DNA of 62,873 nucleotides, counting the filler. It is 20 parts of 20 records of this genome, joined end to end, with 100 filler letters (N's around TTAATTAATTAA, not from the genome) between each part and the next. Parts side by side here need not be neighbours in the genome. Positions count along the whole stretch, not along the records: positions 20,494 to 23,168 come from SRR16133337_43974; positions 23,269 to 25,676 come from SRR16133337_44215; positions 25,777 to 29,535 come from SRR16133337_44559; positions 29,636 to 31,931 come from SRR16133337_44680; positions 32,032 to 34,589 come from SRR16133337_44697; 15 more parts are not named here. One strand, 5' to 3'. The notes under the pieces were generated by a model, which made no database searches, had not been told where the DNA came from, and saw only the letters and a list, made by a program, of their open reading frames with translations. Each line of letters begins with the position of its first letter. Within the stretch, counting starts at the first letter, position 1. The position numbers were made by a program, and so were the translations under genes. Shown in pieces: positions 20,394 through 33,511 of this stretch.

Positions 20394-23300
20394 NNNNNNN
20401 NNNNNNNNNNNNNNNNNNNNNNNNNNNNNNNNNNNNNTTAATTAATTAANNNNNNNNNNNNNNNNNNNNNNNNNNNNNNNNNNNNNNNNNNNNCGCCAGT
20501 CACTCTATTAGGCAAGCAATCCCTGCTATGTATCAGAAGCTAGGGTACAATTGAGAGTATTGAATAAAGGTGATTAGGGTTCGTGTTGGAATACAACATA
20601 CACGTTGAGAGCCAAGACTTGAAGCACGGTGTTGTTGTACTAACAAAAGTATGGAATCACTCAGGGGACATTAATTTTGTGTGTGTGGAATATTGAGGCA
20701 AACTCGCAATGCCACTAACATTGCCTACCATCATAAAAGCACGGATGTACTGGAGACGTCCCATAATCCAGTTCTCCTAAAAATGAAAACATACACGCAG
20801 TCAAGAAAAGTGGAGAAATAAAAATGGAAAGAAACAGCCAACACAAACAAACCCATTTCACAAAAACTTCGCAAGTATTAAAATGGATTTTTGTGATATA
20901 CCTTCGGCGAGTTCCAGAAGGATTGTCAGAACAAACCCGAAAAGCAAAAACCTCATCTCCCAAAAAATGTGAATTTTGTAGTTTCACAAGTTGCGTTCTA
21001 CGGCTCGGTTCTTTTCGTGGATGCGAGGGATGGGTTTTTTTCGTGTCGTTTGTTTGAAACGTAATGAACCTCTCCTTATCTAGATTTCGATGGAATTAAT
21101 TTTACCAATCCAATTTTGTAAAAAAGGAGATAATATTTTATTACAGCATTTTATTTCCACCACAGCCCCACCGTATGATTTGCTTGGTTGTGCACTTTCG
21201 TTGAGCAATTTGCGAACAAGGTTAAGGAGATTAAGTGGTTGGTTTTCAAATTTCGTTGGGGATTTCACAACATTTTCTTACAAAGACCAAATTAGGGTTG
21301 CTCGTTTCAGGATTTCGCCTTTTAGAGAATGCTCTTAATGCTTACAATGGTATTAGTGCAATAATTAATTTTTGGCGTGATCAATGTAGGGATTTTGGAT
21401 AAGTGATCAGCTTTTCATTTTTTTCCCGCGTATTCTATCGATCTTTGACCATCCAATAGGTGTGGTGTGTTTTGACAAAGTAAAACAAAAAAAGACACCA
21501 AGCTAAACCTTCCAACACTCAAACTTTTACATTGTCAAGCAAACTAGGAACACATTTTGGGTGAACATAAAGCCTTGTTTACCTTCTAACTTCTTGGCAT
21601 ACATAAAATAAACACAAAAGAATGTTCAAACTTGGTGTTTTGTTTTGAATGTGTTCGTACACAATAGACTGAGTTAATACATTCCTTCCCACACCCACTC
21701 CCACACACGCCCACACCCACATTCGACCGTGTACAAAATGCAGTTACTGACTTTTCTGATGATATTTTTTGAGCATTGTCATCAAAAGATAAGTATCATT
21801 CATGCTTTTCATTTTATATTTATTTTTAAGATGAGAAATTGATAGAATTCATTTGAGTGTGGAATGAATCTGTAAATAAATGTTTTTTTGCATTTGTTCA
21901 TTAACTGTTAGTTTCAAAGTCCCATAACGACAAATACACCTGCTTGTTTTTACATTGGATTCCACAACGAACATGCACCTGTAAAGTCTTCTAGCTTTCA
22001 CAAAGAGCTCCAAATCATGCGGAACGCCCCTCAATTCCGCTGTTCAACAAAGGAGCCCTGACTCCAAACCGTGTGAACGTGGGAAAAATTGGCAAAAGAA
22101 GTATCCGCGGTGGAGTATATCACATTCACACTAACTGATTTTAATTTTGGGTTTGACAGTGTTTTTTTTGGAAATTACAAAAATCTTTCCTCATTGAATC
22201 TAACGAAAGGGAAAAATACAAACAATGCTGGAAAAACAGATGCTGCTTTGAACCGCCACCACAAATACGTCGCACTTTTTTTATGCATTCCGCCCTCCGA
22301 CAGCGACTGACCAACTGTATCATAGCCAAAAACGGAACAAAGCACTTTACTTTCCTCAAACGAGCGAGGGGCTGTTTTGTGACAATCCACGCAACCTTTG
22401 ATAATTTGTAGCCTCAACTAACCCAGACTTTTGCTTGATTCTTCAGACCACCTAAAAAACCAAGTAACATGCATTCAATTTACACATTTACTCCAAGTCA
22501 TAAAAAAGAACACCACTTTCGCAAAGAACTGACCGCTAAAAAATGCGAGATTTAGTCGGAAACTACCTGTACCACCTCAGTGATGCAGTGGTATCAATCG
22601 AAAAACAAGCGGTTGTGGCCACTCTGGATGACTTCAATTGCAGCTCCTCGCAGTGTATTATATGACTGGGTAAGATGAAGTGCGTCCAGGAGTTCCGCTG
22701 GAAACGCTAGATTTGAGACAGTATCAGATTTTGAGCATAGTTCTTGTGAACTCATATTGCGCGCCATTTTTATTAGTTTTTTGCTTGCTTGTTTGTTATT
22801 GGTACATAAACGACAAACAAACACAACAACTAATTATTTTCCATTCATTTTGTTTTGGAGCACATTTTTTTAGTTTTGAACATGCAAATCTAACAGTTTA
22901 CTGCAATTTTCTTTCAAATAATCAAAATATTGTAGAAAAGTAATTATGGTACATTATTTGTGTCTGGTGCAATGATATCGATGTTCCCAAATTACAAGTT
23001 CGCTTTTATTGCAAACGCGATGCAGTAAAAAGTTTCGGTGGTGAAGAAGTATTATGAAGTAGCATCTCCGTGCAACCATTCCCGAGTTTTCACACGTTTG
23101 CAATTTTGATTGATTGAATTTAAATAGAAATGCGACAACATACGTGAACGTCCCACAGTGCACACGTTNNNNNNNNNNNNNNNNNNNNNNNNNNNNNNNN
23201 NNNNNNNNNNNNTTAATTAATTAANNNNNNNNNNNNNNNNNNNNNNNNNNNNNNNNNNNNNNNNNNNNAATTCTTAATTCAAATTCCACTCAAAGAATAA

Positions 23301-24000
23301 AAACAGTCAATTTTACGGAATTAAAATGAAAGAAGCAAACGTCGTGATCGTGATAAAGGATTTATTTCTCCTAAAACGTGTTGCTTGGGGACTGCAGATG
23401 TTTCTACAAATCCAACTTTGCACTACCCACCCCCCAATAATTTATCATGTGGGAAAACACAACAACACACGAAATTTCCACCAACATGATTTTCAAGCCG
23501 ACAAGACATGTGCTGTATGTACCACGTACCTGCAAATTCTGCTAGAAGTTGGCATACGTCAGCTGGGAGGACAAATGGTGATGTCAGTTCCAGAAAAACA
23601 TCAAATAATTCATCCTCACTCATTCTCCAAAATTCAAAACCCGCGTTTTGACCTTATTTCAAAATTGCCGGCACTTGGCGAAATAATTCTCAATGCAGCT
23701 GAATTTGTTTGATAAGGTTCACCTAACAAAAAATATATATACATTAATCAGTTGCTAGCAGTTTAAAACCACGACGGATTTGTGGAAAATAAGTTTTTTT
23801 GTTCCTTTTGTGACTTTAAAAGTGACTTATAAAAAAATCTAACCCTTCGCGACCACATTACATATGTGTGTTTCCGCCAAAAAAGGTCTCAACTCCATCT
23901 TTCCTAGAAAATAAAGATATCTGTCATTGCTCGCCTCGAGACCTTGTACTTGACTTTTGCGTCTTCCCAACGTTTATGTCACGTGAGCTTTTCACCCGAC

Positions 24001-24338
24001 AGATTTATGATCACATCCGATTGGAACCCACTTTTGTAATCCCAAAATACCACAAGTGAAAAATCTAGACTTACGAATTTGACAACAAACAATTTGTGCA
24101 TATGATAAAAAAGGTGAGTCATTGTTGGAAAATCTAAATTTGTGTACGGCAAATGAACGGCTAAAAATGAAAATTAGCATGTCGAGATTTAGAAGTTAAG
24201 TCTGGTGGAAAAGAGCCATTCATTTTTAACCATTCATTTGCCGTACACAAATGTGAAGATTTGTTATTTTTGTGCCACCGATCAAAACAACTTCTAGGAT
24301 TACAAAAGTGCGTTTCAATTGGGTATGGTCATAAATCT
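24001..24338. mobile_element. Foldback/MITE with long imperfect inverted arms
   Basis: AGATTTATGATCACATCCGATTGGAACCCACTTTTGTAATCC pairs with about 24297-24338. An inner arm TTTGTGTACGGCAAATGAA pairs with TTCATTTGCCGTACACAAA. Confidence 0.7.
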
Positions 24339-25806
24339 TGTACACAAAAAAACTATGTTTCACACAGTCTACATTTAAACTATGAATCGCAAAACTTCAA
24401 CTTTGTGTACATCTATGTGTAGAAAATGAAAAATTTACCATTGAGTCTTTGAAACAAGCGTTTTCTGAACAAGAATAACTGAATTCTTGGGAAAACAGTA
24501 CAAACAAAGTACACAAATTTGGCCAAAAAAAGAAAATTAATTGGGTATCCATTAATTGTTTAGAGGGAGGTATGGTTTCATGCATTACTTTAGAAAGTTT
24601 TTTTCTGAAATTAAAAAATCCCTTTAATGTTTCTCAATAAAAACATTCGTGCTCTCATGAAATTTTCATAAGTAAAATTTACCTATGTACTTTTTTCAAT
24701 TCATATAAATAGTATACGCTCGCTCCCCTTCGCATAGTTGTTAAAAGAACCACCCACATTTTCGTGTGTAGAAGGAGGAAAACGTGACGACTAGAGGGTG
24801 TGCAAAAACGTGACGCACTGTGACGAAGGTCGGGTGTGGGTGTTAAAAAACAGAAAAATATGCGTGACACATTTTATGGATGGTCCCTTTCTATAACACC
24901 AGATTTCGGTAGATGTTGGTTATGGGGACAATTTGTACTGTGAGGTTGTTGGTTTTCCAAGAAAAAAAAGGACATGAAAATTATCGTTCGATATTCAGTT
25001 GTTTGGCCTTTCCCTTCGACATCTGGGATATTCACACTTCTACATTAGTTTTCGGTTATCGAATTTCATATATGAAACAATGTGAAATAATTACATCCCA
25101 CTACGTCCATATTAACATTTTTAAGCAAATTGAAGGGTTTTTTTCAAAATCCATTGGTGTCCTGAACAGGCAAAACCCAATGAGAGGCGCACCATGGGAA
25201 AATGCATTCATTTTTTTGCTCGTGGAAACAAAGTTTCTAAATTTTGAAATAATTTTTTCCTCTTAAATCTATAGGGCCAACACTTTCGCTTTAAAGATTT
25301 TTCTATGGTCAATCCCATTCCAACAAACCAGAAAAAGGTGCAAAAAGCCCCAAAAATCATTTTTCATTTTTCCGTTTGTGAAATTGATATTTTCAAAACA
25401 AATATTCAAAAAACGAAAAAGCTCAACCAATGATATTTTTTTTTGAACAGTGACGTTTTGTTTTTGGGGATCTCTTTCTTTTTTTTTTTTTTCAAATTTA
25501 GTCACTGAAAAAATCTCCATGAAAAACTAAAATTTTATGACATCATCATATTTATGCATCTTAAAAATTCAATACAACTAAAAATTAAATTTCAACAATC
25601 TTGTGGTGTGTTGTTATGTCAACTTTTAACCAATTGTTTAGTTATGGGATTGACTATTCTTATTTTTCATTATTTCNNNNNNNNNNNNNNNNNNNNNNNN
25701 NNNNNNNNNNNNNNNNNNNNTTAATTAATTAANNNNNNNNNNNNNNNNNNNNNNNNNNNNNNNNNNNNNNNNNNNNTGTGTTTGTGCGAAGGTGAACAAA
25801 ATAGAT

Positions 25807-26336
25807 CTATTAGCACAGAATTGCATACTGTGATTCACAGTTTTTTGCAAAGGAAATGCTAGTAAAAAATCTGTGATTCATAGTTTTTGTGTTGTGAAAA
25901 AAATGTCGATCACAGTTTTAAAAGAAAGTTGAGTTCTATTTTTCTTTGGGACTTAACTTTCACGGTGTAAAGGACTTAACTTTTTTTGACATGTTAATCA
26001 TAAATTTTGTAAATCACAGTGCGAAGAATTCTGTGGTTAGTGCTGGTGTGAAATTGTTGGTGTTTGTTTTTTGTTGAGCGTTAACTCTGCAAATATTGTG
26101 AATGACGGTATGCAAAATTGTATTAATAGTATTTATATAGTACAGAAACTGTGATGAATGGTTAAAAGAAAGTTAAGTTTGTTAACTGGTTGAAAATTAG
26201 TCCCAAGTAAAGAAAGAACTTAATTTTTTTTCAAAACTCTGAATCACATTTTTTTCATGGTGTAAAAATTGTGAATCACTGTTTTTTTATTGAGCAAATA
26301 GTTTTTTAGTCACAGTACGCAAAACTGTGCGGATAG
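25807..26336. repeat. Foldback element with about 200-bp diverged inverted arms
   Basis: About 25807-26005 is the imperfect reverse complement of about 26143-26336, and both contain internal CTGTGATTCACAG-like motifs. It lies about 90 nt past the integrase stop. Confidence 0.75.
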
Positions 26337-26424
26337 TTTTGAGGTGTATTGTTGTTAAAATGCATTGGGTGAAAGTAATTATGATTTTTTTTAAATGGTT
26401 TGGTTTTATGTTAAATAATATTAA

Positions 26425-29301
26425 TTATTGGTTTTCATCGATATAATCCTGTATAAGAGAATACGATACTGCACATGTGGATGTCCTAATTCCTGCCAAT
26501 TTGTTTGTTGAGTTAGAAAGATATTTAAGCTCTCCAGTTTCCAAATCATGTTGGTATATTTTGCCGTCGGTGTTACGGAATTGAAGGATGTGGCTCTCCC
26601 ATTCTGTTGCTTTTCTGACAATCCTTGTTTGCAGTTTGTACGTCTAAAAAAATATTGATAAAGTAGATGTTAGTATTTGTAGTTTATAAAGTAATTTTTG
26701 TTTAATACAAGTGTTTGTGTAAGTATTTTGTCATTACCATTTTTTTGATGACAATTGCTGGTGCAAAGTTGCATTTCTGCATAGCGTCTTCTGTGCCAGT
26801 TAGTATTATTGACAGTGGTAATGGTTGGAATCGTCTAGTATATTGGGCGTCTGAAGAGTTGCAGGAAGAACAGGTTTTTGTTTTTGATGTTCCTGTATAG
26901 AAGAGTGTATTTATGATGTCCCAGGCGGTTATAATGTTTGACGATAATCCTATTTTTCCGTCGCTAAAGGTGATTCGTTCTAATTCCTCGTCTAAATCAA
27001 TTGCTATTCTATGTCGTTCGTAGGTTGTTCCTATTTCTGGAGAGATTACTTGATTGTTGAAACTTGCAGGGCATTTATCTCCTCTAAAGTAAAGTAGTAA
27101 CAAAGAATAATTAGGATATTAAGAATTTTGTTTTTGAAATGTGTGGTGTGTGGAATGTTTTTGTTATGGTGTTTTCTGTACTTACTGGCATAACATTGTG
27201 GTTTTAGGTGTGAATCCCATTGTAGGATTTTTGAACAACTGTGCGGTTGGTGGAATGTCGAATGGAATTATTTTGAGAAAGTTCTGCATTTCATATACAT
27301 ATTTCGTTTGGTAGTATTCATCTTGCATTTTGTGCTCCATCTTGTTTTGTAGGAGCGATATAATATCATTTTCTATTTGTTCGCTGCTGAACCTTGTCAA
27401 GAATACTGATTTTGTTAGCAACCTGGCGAGCATAGTGTTGGAGAGGTTGTGTTTGTCTTCGTATATTTGTTTTGCAAGTTTGTCGAAGTCGTCATGGTGA
27501 GAGAAGAAAATTATATGAAGTAGTGCGGTTGTTGTTAGTATAACTCCATAGTCATGGTTTTGTTGTTGTAGGTGGCGAAATTTAAATTGTGGCAGCTCTT
27601 GTTGTTTGTCTTCTTTCTTTCTTTTTGACGGCTTAGCAGGATCTTCGAGAAGAGAGTCCTAGATAATATATGTTCGGTTAATGAAAGTTGTTGTTAAATT
27701 TGTTTCAAATGTTTGTTTTTTAAATGGAAATATACTTACTGTTTTTCGTTTTTGCATTTCTTCTCCTACTTTGAAGTCATGGTCGTTGTTATCGTTGTAG
27801 TGCATTGCTTGGATGTGTTGGTCGTATTTCTGTAGAAAAAACAAATTACTTGTTAGAATGTTAATTTTTGTCGGTTATATAATTTTTTTTTTATGTTATT
27901 TTACTTACTGTCCATCCGTGAGCTAATGCCTTTTTCACTTCCTCGTTGGGAATGAGGGATAGTTCATTGAAGCAGTATTGAGTTGATGATGTGCAACCAG
28001 CCTCAAGACTATCGGGGTTCTTGTTGCATGTGTATGTTATTCTGCACATTTGATCTCTGGTAATCTCAGTCACTATGCCTGTTACATCCCACATGGATTC
28101 GTAACCGTAGTTTTTGTTCCGAAGGTCTTTGGCAGGTAACTGATAGTAAACAAAGTCACCCAGGTCAAAGTTTGTGACTTTGTGGTTTCTCTTGTTGTCA
28201 GCAATTGTACGATCGATTCTTTTTTGCTTTGCCTATAAAAGAAATTCTCAGTTAGATTTATAATAAGAATGCATTGCTGTTTGTATGTGTGTTTGATGTT
28301 TATTTACCTTAACCAAGCCGTCCATCATGTCATCACAGTGCCTACTAGTAAGTATCTTTTCAGTTTGAAGAAACTTGTGTACTGCGAAAGTAGTACGTCC
28401 TGTTCGTCCACGCCACATTGTCATTGGAGAAACGCGTCTCTGTGCCGATATTTTTGTATTTGTTTGGTTCACGACTGTTGGTAGACATTGTGACCAGTTT
28501 GAGATTCTGTTTATATCATGACTGAGATACGCTTGAAGGTTTCGACGGAGTTCCTTGTTTCTTGTTTCTGCCATGCCCTGAAAAAGAATGTGTATAAACG
28601 AATTATTTTTCTGGGGTTTTAAGAGTGTAATTTTGTGTTAATTGTACTTACATTGGACCGGGATTTATGTGGTGTTATTGTTTTGAGTTTCGAGGCGATC
28701 TCTTTGAGGTAGTCTTTGAGGTATCCTCGAAATTCGCCTCCATTGTCTGAACGCATGTATGTAGGAACGATATTCTCCTGAAAGAAAATTTCGTCGAGTA
28801 GCTCTACAATTTGTTCTGAACGCTTTGTTCGTAGTGCACGTGCGAAGAGGAATAGTGTAGCATTGTCTGTTATTGTGAACACGTACCGAAAGCCTCTCAA
28901 GTCAACACACATTTCAAACAGGTCAATACACCATTCACCACCGGCCTTGGAAGTGTTGGTAAATTTGCAGTAGTACATTTCTCCTTTAGGTTTGTACTTT
29001 GCTATGCAGCTCGCGCATCTTGCTGCGTTTTCTGATACAAGAATTTGTACATCGGGCACGTAATAGAGTGATCCAATGCCATATTTTGTCGAATTTATAC
29101 CTATAATATGAGAAATAAGTTTTTTAGAGTGTGTTATTTTTTTTGTTTTTGTACTATTGGAAAGAACAAGATAATACTACTTACCACAGCAAATATCGTT
29201 GTGGCATTTTCTGATAATATTTGGTAGTTCATCCATGTGTGGCACAGTTCTCCATTTTGGGTGATGTTGGCTTGGGTAGAGGTTACATTCTAACCATTCG
29301 G
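26425..29301 (-). mobile_element. Intron-containing Ginger/TDD-like DDE integrase gene with a C-terminal USP-like domain (at least 761 aa, 5' partial)
   Basis: Exons 29301-29185, 29100-28652, 28577-28308, 28232-27909, 27829-27740, 27658-27186, 27083-26738 and 26643-26425 join in frame through 74-102-nt GT-AG introns. Domains: Zn finger (CHNDICCG...YYVP...CASC), rve core (WCIDL, SDNGGEF, SNGMAE), FDLGDFV (GPY/F-like), then USP-like motifs. Confidence 0.88.
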
Positions 29302-30071
29302 CTAAGAAGCAATCAAGATAGTTTTAGTGATAGGTTGTAGTATATTTTATTTTGATTCAAGTAATGAGAAAAGTAGCAGTTTGAAAAAGAATAAGTTTTA
29401 ATATTAAAGTCTATTACAGAGCTGTTGAACGTTGTAAATGGAGATTTAAATAGTGGTACGTACTCCATTGGTATAGTAGAGTGTGTTTTAAATGTTTTAG
29501 GAAAATTTTAATTTTGACTTGTTTTCGAAGAAAAANNNNNNNNNNNNNNNNNNNNNNNNNNNNNNNNNNNNNNNNNNNNTTAATTAATTAANNNNNNNNN
29601 NNNNNNNNNNNNNNNNNNNNNNNNNNNNNNNNNNNGGTGGGTGTTATTCATTGATATGTTCTGTAGACCAACCTGTAGAGTTTTTTGGAAAACAAAAACA
29701 TGCAAAATTGTACTGGAAGAGTTTTGAAGATATGTTCTCGGAAATAATTTGTCAAAAATTGCGAATCCACAAATGTTTTTAAAACGTTTGGAATCTTTGA
29801 TGTCGTGACGTCACTATTTTCTCTTTTTGTGTGTTAGTTCCGTACACTCTTGGGAATGAGATTTTGCCACTTTTACAAGAATACGGGAAACTTTCTGATT
29901 CGATGGCAAAAGTTATTATCGAATATTGTGCAGGTAATATGCCACAACAACTATCTTATTTCTCTTTGTGATGTGCATAAATGTTGAATAAAATTTGTGC
30001 AGAGGGGAATCACTTTGGTTACTGTGCACTAAATTCTTATATTTTGTGTGTGTGTGTGTGTGTTTTTGTAG

Positions 30072-30250
30072 ACTCGACTGTCACAGATTCGTCCGAACGT
30101 CTCTCAGTCAATGAGAGAAAAGATGCACAAACAATGACAACGCGAGACGTACAAACGATGGTACGAAAGGTAATTAGCACACCACGCGGCGTACACAACA
30201 TTATAAAACCTCCTCGCTCCCACCACCTCCACACTCCCAAAAGAGTACTG
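30072..30250 (+). CDS. Internal exon of an unknown eukaryotic gene
   Basis: ttttgtag acceptor after a GT microsatellite, an open frame, and a GTGAGT donor. Confidence 0.4.
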
Positions 30251-30461
30251 GTGAGTTTTATGATTTTCAAATAAAAAATTGTGTTTGTGAAAACTCCAAA
30301 CAGGTACACGACCCCGAAAAAGTTCTGGTAATTTTAAATGTTTTGCTCTCAAAGGAACCCTGTTGAAAATATGAAAAATATTTTTTAACATATTATTTTT
30401 TAAAGCCAAATCCAATTTTTCAAAACAAAATAATTCTCAAAACGTTTTTGGGGCCCCAGTT

Positions 30462-30696
30462 CAGGGTCTAATGGAGTAACAAAACCTACTCTCACACTCT
30501 AGCCCCTTTTTTGACATCAATTTGAGGAGAGAGGTTGTTACAAAAAAATGGATTTTAGTATAAATCCTTTGTAAAAATATTCCAATGGGGAAATTTCTCA
30601 ATATTTTGGAGTGAGGAGGTTCCTACTGAGGTTGGGGAGTGGAGGTTCCTACTGAGGGGGTGTGGGAATGGAGGGGTTTTCACTCCATTAGACCTG
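30462..30696. mobile_element. MITE, CAGGGTCTAAYGGAGT TIR family
   Basis: CAGGGTCTAATGGAGTA...ACTCCATTAGACCTG-TA, with an internal GAGGTTCCTACTGAGG direct repeat. A related end lies near 34503. Confidence 0.7.
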
Positions 30697-32126
30697 TATT
30701 ACCCTCATGTGTGTGTTTTAATACAATTCTTGCAGGAGTATCGTGTTCCTACATAGAGAGCGAGTGTTCTTACCCCGTTAGACATCGCATATCAATAAGT
30801 AGTTGGAAGTTGGGACGCATTTGTTGTTTCAAAATATCGGAAATTTTTGGTTTTTGTCATTTTTTTCGATTATTTCGCGCAGTTTGATGGTTGTCATTTT
30901 TTTCACTGTATTTCGTGCCTTGATAAAATGTATATTGTCGTGAATGTGGATAATGATTTAAACTTTTGGGAGGTTGCTTTTTTGTACGATTAGGTCACTT
31001 TTGTAGACAGTTTTTGCAGGTTCTAATTTTTTTAGTGTAATATGCCCACCGTCAAAAACCAACAAACTAAAAAATATAATTGGACTGAAAATTAGCGACT
31101 GGTTGGGGAAGGAGTTCCGGATTTCAAGGACGGAATACAACACGCCCAGTGTAGTTGGAATTTTTTTTCTCGCCTAAATCCCTCCACTCCCTACACTCGT
31201 GGTGCGGGAGGGAGGGGAGGTGGGGTTTAAAGTGGAATGAAAACAGAGCAAGAAATTAAAAAAAGGTGTTTTTGCTGTTTTTCCTTTGGTTTTTATAAGT
31301 TTTAGGTACACACAAAAAATGTGGGAACTCCATTTTGTTTTCAAACGTACATTTCCTTTATTGCCAAACCCTCTTGGTACAATTGCGAAACCCATCAGAA
31401 CGAATGTCAAATGAAGTAACGTATTTTCTGACCCGAGAAATGTGGCTGGAAGGGTGAATAACAAAGTTTTGTGGTAGGAAAAGGCCTACCGATTTTTTTA
31501 GTGAAGTTTTTAGGGCAGTTTTCAATTGAAAATTGTTTTTGTTGTGTAAAACTGTGGTTGGTTGTAGTTTTGATCAAGGAAAACAAATATTAAACTCCAA
31601 AAAACTATTGTGTGCAAATATGAAATATGTTGAAAATCCCGAAGGTCCATGTGTCATTCTCCAAATCGTGTCCATAGATTTCTTCTGAAATCGAATGAAT
31701 TCTAATTACGATAAAAGATCAACGTGTTGATATAATAAATATTCACGCTGTCACACATTACTTTTTTAATTTTTTGGCATTTCCGCAAGAATGACGGTAA
31801 GAATTTCTCTTTCAAAGCAGTATGTTCAAATTTACGAACGAAAAATGGATAAATTGAAGGAGGTGTGAGGGGGGTGGGAAACTGTATTGTGGATTTCGAG
31901 CATGAGAGATGATTTTTTCGGGTGTTTTCACNNNNNNNNNNNNNNNNNNNNNNNNNNNNNNNNNNNNNNNNNNNNTTAATTAATTAANNNNNNNNNNNNN
32001 NNNNNNNNNNNNNNNNNNNNNNNNNNNNNNNTTTCGGTTTGCAAGTATAACACTAGGAAACAACACACAAACTCTAATTATTCGAAATTAAACAAAATTT
32101 ATTGTATTTGCTAATTAACACCTCCA

Positions 32127-33511
32127 TTACACCTTATGTATTTTTTCGTTAGACTTTGCTTCAATAACTATATCGTCCCTTATTCTTCCAATTTGCACCC
32201 AAATAATTTCTCGCACGTGCGCTCGCACACTTTCCTCATGGTTTTCAAGTCTATCACAAAATGTTTGAAAATCAATTGCGTTCTTGTCATTTATTGACCC
32301 AGCAGTGCTCTCGCGGTGATGCGTTTTATGTTCATTATTTTCATCATTTTGATCACTTTCTTCTATGTCATTATTTTTTTGTTCTCCAGAGGGTATTGTT
32401 TGTTTGGACTCTTCTTCTCCAAAAAGTACAACTGTTAGTTCTTTGTTCATTGATTTGAATGGCGCGTCCTTGCTTTGTTCGTTTTCACTTTCGTGGCAAA
32501 CTGCTTCAAGTTTTAGCCAAGATTTTTTTGATATGAACCTATAATTACAAACGAGAATTAAAAACTTAATCGATGTTGCCGCCATTTTTGAGAATAGTGG
32601 ATAATTTTTAAATGAGAATGAACAGTGAAATTAACTTACAAGGGTTCCGCGAAAAATGACTCAAATCGCGTTTTGTCGCATTCTCAAAATTTAAGACTAA
32701 ATTTGCAGCCAAAAAATCAATTCTTCCTCTAAACGAACATACTTGTGATATGTTGGCTATATTTCTATCAGCATAAGACATATATAGTTGAGAAGGATCA
32801 CAAAAAAAATATTCATATAACTTTTAGAATCAATTCTCACACTTTGGCCCTATAATCGTTAAATTGTAATTTATTGTCCGGTGTATAACTGCAGAAAATG
32901 AACTCATTCAATGCACTAAAACCCAGCCAACGGCACACACATATGCAAAGAAAGTGGGTTAACAACACATCTGTGACAAACACAGGCGAAACTTTGAACA
33001 CCTAGCATTATTGCACCACACAAGAGATCGCGACCTATTTTCAAAGGTGATCAGCGCGCAATTTTCGGAGTTTCATTGTATCATTGGCTTGATGATTGGA
33101 ATAAGTATATTTCGAAAGTGCCGCAGCTAATTTTTGCGGTATTACAAAAAGCCATTTCGCACACGAATTAGTTTTGTTTACTTTTGTTAAAAAGCATTTA
33201 ATTTTTCATTTTTAGACCAAATATAAAAAATTATATATGAAAAAACTACATTAGTACTTTATAAAGCAACATTCAATCACCTTACGTTGTGACAGCACTT
33301 ACCCATCTTTGTTGGTATCTACAATCGTAAAAAGGGCGTTGAGATTGTCGTAAAGATCCGCTTTCTCCGTACAAATAGCCATTGCATGCATAAAATCGGT
33401 AAAACTAACCATCTGTCGAGTGTTCGCGAAAAGTTCAAAAAGTGTTCGACCAAAATAATGTTCCTCAAAATTCAAATGCCCAAAAAATTCGTCGAAAGAT
33501 AAAAGTCCGTC
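32127..33511 (-). CDS. EF-hand calcium-binding protein (two exons, partial)
   Basis: Exons 33511-33303 and 32538-32127 splice to DGLLSFDEF...FTIVDTNKDG|FISKKSW...AIDFQTFC. Confidence 0.75.

Noticed and set aside
9016-20493. Horizontal transfer of bacterial operons into the eukaryote
   Set aside because: Every bacterial/eukaryote junction is an artificial linker.
28248-29059. LTR retrotransposon or Polinton assignment for the integrase
   Set aside because: Seven spliceosomal introns and the absence of RT, pPolB or capsid genes on the contig favour a Ginger-like DNA transposon or a domesticated derivative.
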